DNA of 35,553 nucleotides, from assembly GCA_032718475.1 (NCBI GenBank), contig JAUCBJ010006286.1, positions 1 to 35,553 on the forward strand, in the 5' to 3' direction. Both the position numbers and the translations under genes were made by a program. This document shows positions 31,500 to 35,553 of the stretch, in pieces. The notes below the pieces were generated by a model. It did not search any database. It saw only the letters and a list, made by a program, of their open reading frames with translations, and had not been told where the DNA came from. The number at the start of each line of letters is the position of its first letter. Positions within the stretch are counted from its first letter, which is position 1. Source of the DNA: Nemertoderma westbladi (taxonomy: Eukaryota > Animalia > Xenacoelomorpha).

Positions 31500-34247
31500 C
31501 AATTTGGATAATGTCTGGGAATAATTTAGGACGATGTTTCGTCACTTTCAGTTCCTTCTTGCCTTTTCACCTTCTGACAGCGGAAGCCCCTAACTTTTGC
31601 AACAGCAAAAGTTTTTATATTTTAGCGGCATTTTTGTATCTGTAATTTATATGTAATTTCTGCAATTTCTGAACCCTCCTTCACTGTTGTACTTAAAATG
31701 TTTAATTGTTGTTGATACTACTGTTATATATAGATCCGGCAGTTGACTTCGAATTCTCAAATTGTTTCCCCTTCTATTCAGTCATCTAAAACCTTCATGG
31801 GACCGTGTGCAACTGTCCAGTCCACCTCTCAGCGCCGGTCCACACAATGTATAGCTCACAATATTAGGTTTTCACTTAAGACCCAAGTTTCAGAAGGGCT
31901 GAATCTAATCAAAACAATAAACAAATTAGTATCTGTACAGGTTATAACTATAAGATATAAAGAATAAATTAATTAGATAGTTTTCTAGATTTACAGCAAT
32001 ATACAAACAGACAATCTTATGATTTAACCTGTGTTTTTTTTATTTTATTAATATGCACCATATGACAGCATCCGGGGCTAAATGCATACACATCGCACAA
32101 ATAGCCTCAATGTAAAGGAAATATAATTGCCAGAACAGTATAGTTGCCTATGTAATAGTTGCCTATCTAATAGTTGGCTATCACTAAGCAAATTCATTGG
32201 GGATAACACATGGTTACAATTTTTGAAGGAAGTCGTTGATTAAAGGACCAACCATTATATCGATCAGCTATTCCATATTAATAATTTAGGTTGAATGGTG
32301 GTCGGTCACAGATGGCATCAGAGGATCGAAACTCCACTGGTATCATTCCTTTTGTACTATATACCCTCTAGGCGCGAAGGCCTCAATCCCTTTCATGTTT
32401 ACATTAAATATTGCTGATGCTTTGTAAATTTATTGTTGCTGTAATTACTTATTGCCACAGACACATGGGTACAGGTCCTGTGAGTGCCAGTGTCATACAA
32501 AGTAACACGCAGGCCACAGATGGCAGTTGTACAATTCACTGCTTATTGGTCCTATAAAATACAGAAGTTGGTAGTAATGTGGGTTTAATAACCATACTTC
32601 TTTTTATCTTAACTACGTATTTTTGAAAAAAGAAGTATTTTTGAAAAAATTGTCCACATAATCTCTATATTTCCAATGAAATATAACAAATCTAATCGAA
32701 TCGTAGTAGTAATAGTAGTGTTTATTGACAGCAAAGTAATAAGGTAGAAATTGAACACTATAGGGAATTACAAATTGAAGACGTACAGTACACGTTCGCA
32801 GCACGTGAACTTGAGCAAGTTCGAAACAAGTTCGATTTGATCTGGAGTCAAAAGTTCGAGAGGTATTTGCCCGTAACTTTAAAGAATATTGTAACTTTTT
32901 CTCTAGTATGCCCATACAAAAATTGGTTGAAAATGGTTAAAATCTTCTAAAGTACAAAACCACTGTACAAAAGCACTGTACAAAATTTAACAATTGACTT
33001 ACATAGCGATAATTTCGTTAAAAATAATGGCCCTAAAAATAAATGTATTACGATGTTGAAATGACTTACTTAAAGAAATATAAGACTTCATCCACTACTA
33101 ACGAGTAAACCCAGGGACCTTGTTCGTTCAGTAGGGTGGCCATAGAAATTGAGATTGGGGTAACGGTCTCTGATTGGCTGTCTCCCTCTGTCAGTGGACA
33201 ATCGAGAAGGACGTTACTTTCAGTGTGTATCTGACGGGACGGTAGAGACAGACAATGGCTGTCTGCTCCACCCACCATTCTCTATTGCGGCGGGTGCGAC
33301 ATTAGGCGCAGTCTAGTGAACTGTGAACGTATAGTTCAAATTTATTTCTGGAAACAGTCTAAGTATATTTTACGTCTGCAGAACGAATGGTCCTTGCTAG
33401 CTATGGGTTATTATTGTATTTGTGGAGCACTGCACAACGTTTTTGCAGCGACCTGCGACAAGGACGTTAAGTCCAGGTCACTCTGAAAAATCCAAATAGA
33501 CAGCAAACGAATAAGGTGGGCCTAAAAAATATCTCCCGCTATGACGTCAACTTGCTTTATGGCATCAAAACAGTCATTACTCGCGGTGTGTATTTGTGTG
33601 GGAAGGTATGTTGTTGTTAGTTAAACACAACCTATTTCCAATTATCTAGTTTCTTGACGGTTGTACCTTACTTAATTGACACAACACCACAGGGATGTTG
33701 TGATTAATAGGGGCAGCATATGGAACTGCTGAACTGAACCGGCGGTGCATCAGCAGTATAATATTATTTGCTTGGACTGTAACTGTTCACTTCGGAATAC
33801 GAATGTCCGCCATTTTAAGGAAAATATTTATTCACCATCCAATGTATTTAAAAGTAAACAAATCTGGAAATTTAAGAAAGTATATTAGGTTTGTTTCACT
33901 TTACTTCTGTTATAAATTGGTTAAAATTACAGTTTTGTCAGTTTTGTAAAAAAAAAAGTAAATTTTTCTCCTGGGGTTATTTTGTGGCATCAATGAACTT
34001 ATGCTTGATTGCTTGCGGAGTTAATCTGATCGCTATCAAGTAATGTTATCATTGATTTCCCCACGGATTAACTATTAATTCTCACTACTACAGCACTGTC
34101 CATACACTCAATCTGACGCTGTTTTATTGTATTATCATATATTATACACAGAGTATATGGATAGAGAGTAGCAGAAAAGACCGTCCGGAAAGCAACAAAC
34201 AAGAGTAGCACTATCAAAAATGGCTACCATCTTGAAAAACTGGCTGC

Positions 34248-34415
34248 CCTCTCTCTACTTGAGGCAACCCGAAGGCTACCGGAGGCAACCCTCTCTAGTG
34301 GAGCGGAGGCAACCCGAAGAATCCTCTCTATAGGAAGAAACAGCAACCCGAAGGCTCCTCTCTAATGGAGGCAATCTGAAGGCTCCTATCTAGTGGAGCG
34401 AGGCAGCCCGAAGCC
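34248..34415. repeat. Degenerate ~28-35-bp tandem repeat (ctctctagtggag...gcaacccgaaggctc)
   Basis: The motif gcaacccgaag and its variants recur about six times. Confidence 0.7.
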
Positions 34416-34612
34416 GCACCGCAATCTTTTATGTTCAGATGTACTTATTTACTCCTATTCTATTCATATTTACTTTTACTTCTATTACAATGAGGGAATA
34501 CATTTAGGTATAGATCTATACTTATTCATAAATATAACATGTATTTATTTAGGCGATAACCTTGTATTAATAATTACATATTGAATTTTAGGCAACTCAA
34601 CTTATAATCATA

Positions 34613-34780
34613 ATGAGAACATATATTATGATAATTAGTCTAATATTATGCGTTGATGATTCTTGTTCAATTAGATGTTTCACAAACTTTCAGGATTCCA
34701 AAAACCAGAGCTACACGTGTAAATCTCCTGATTATTCCATTTGCATGAAAGACGAAGTCAAACCAATACTCAAGGAAGAG
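34613..34780 (+). CDS. Probable first coding exon of a secreted Cys-rich host protein (Ly6/three-finger-like N-terminus)
   Basis: Hydrophobic leader MRTYIMIISLILCVDDSCS followed by IRCF...TC...ICMK. The exon ends after codon 56 at a consensus donor GAG|GTGAGT, and there is an upstream acceptor TTTTAG at 34586-34591. Confidence 0.5.
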
Positions 34781-34791
34781 GTGAGTAAAAA

Positions 34792-34825
34792 CCAGCCCAG
34801 CCCAGCCCAGCCCAGCCCAGCCCAG
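34792..34825. repeat. (CCCAG)n microsatellite
   Basis: About seven copies immediately after the splice donor. Confidence 0.9.
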
Positions 34826-35553
34826 CTGTTCGCGCTTTCAGACCTTTGGCAGTTTAACCCGCCAAATTAGGATGTCTTCTAGATAATAAATCGCTTTAGC
34901 CTCTAACAAGTATTTGATTCACTACACTAGTTGAAACCAATCTGTGCGCGATCATTCACCCGTTGGATATACCCGGGAGATTGACTTCGACGGCTTAATC
35001 TTATTGCTATGTAAGCCTAATGTATTATTCGACTGACAGTATTATATAATCTCTGACAATATTATTCACCTTCGGGGAATATTAACAGTTCCTTTAGGAC
35101 GTGGCGCTCTATCTATATAAACGGAGCTATGACTTAAACTACATGCAACGATATGGCTTAGTTACAATTCACATATATGGCGCATTCTTTAGGAAATGCT
35201 TCGTTATCAGTCTCACTCATACACAATGCTGCACAATACTGCACACTGATCTGCCGATCTTCACTGATTTTAGTCACATATAAAAGGAACACGGACCGAA
35301 TCATGTAGGGTCTATCAAATAACATTAGATTCACTTCAAACCACTTTAACATAAGTCACAATCGTTATATGTAACCTTTCTCTCTTACCTTCGGTATATC
35401 AAGAATATTGGGTTTTCGGGGTTATTTATCGTCATTCCAAATATAATAATTCATCAACCATATTATGAAGAACCGACAGTAAATAGCAGTATAACAATAT
35501 AAAAGTATGCACAGGTTGTTTGATTAGGTATGGTATGTTATGAATTATGATAA

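Noticed and set aside
32290-32340. Second tRNA-derived element (GGATCGAAACT, B-box-like)
   Set aside because: No convincing A box or cloverleaf.
33381-33605. Host or transposase exon ending at AAG|GTATGT
   Set aside because: It needs a frameshift to stay open and has no recognisable domain.

Overview
Eukaryotic (probably arthropod, possibly crustacean; host is an inference), repeat-dominated window. Bases ~640-13330 hold a near full-length but decayed CR1-group LINE (L2/Daphne-like; ORF1 plus APE-RT ORF2) on the minus strand, interrupted by two younger insertions. The first is a 6487-bp BEL/Pao LTR element (1744-8230, ATGGA TSD) inserted 6 codons after the RT YADD motif. The second is a 1585-bp TTAA-flanked piggyBac-type MITE (9722-11306). 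The LTR element has lost almost all of gag-pol but keeps a ~855-codon accessory ORF (three frameshifts) with a DEDDy 3'-5' exonuclease-like domain and three CCHC zinc knuckles. It also lacks a TGG-type tRNA primer site. Instead, the 9 nt after the 5' LTR are perfectly complementary to a segment of the LTR's own presumed R region, which suggests tRNA-independent self-priming. The rest of the window contains small inverted-repeat elements (including a 51-bp TIR element with an 8-bp TSD), a tRNA-derived SINE-like element, an ~11.8-kb array of a purine-rich 17-mer with ~1-kb higher-order duplications, and a few candidate host exons.
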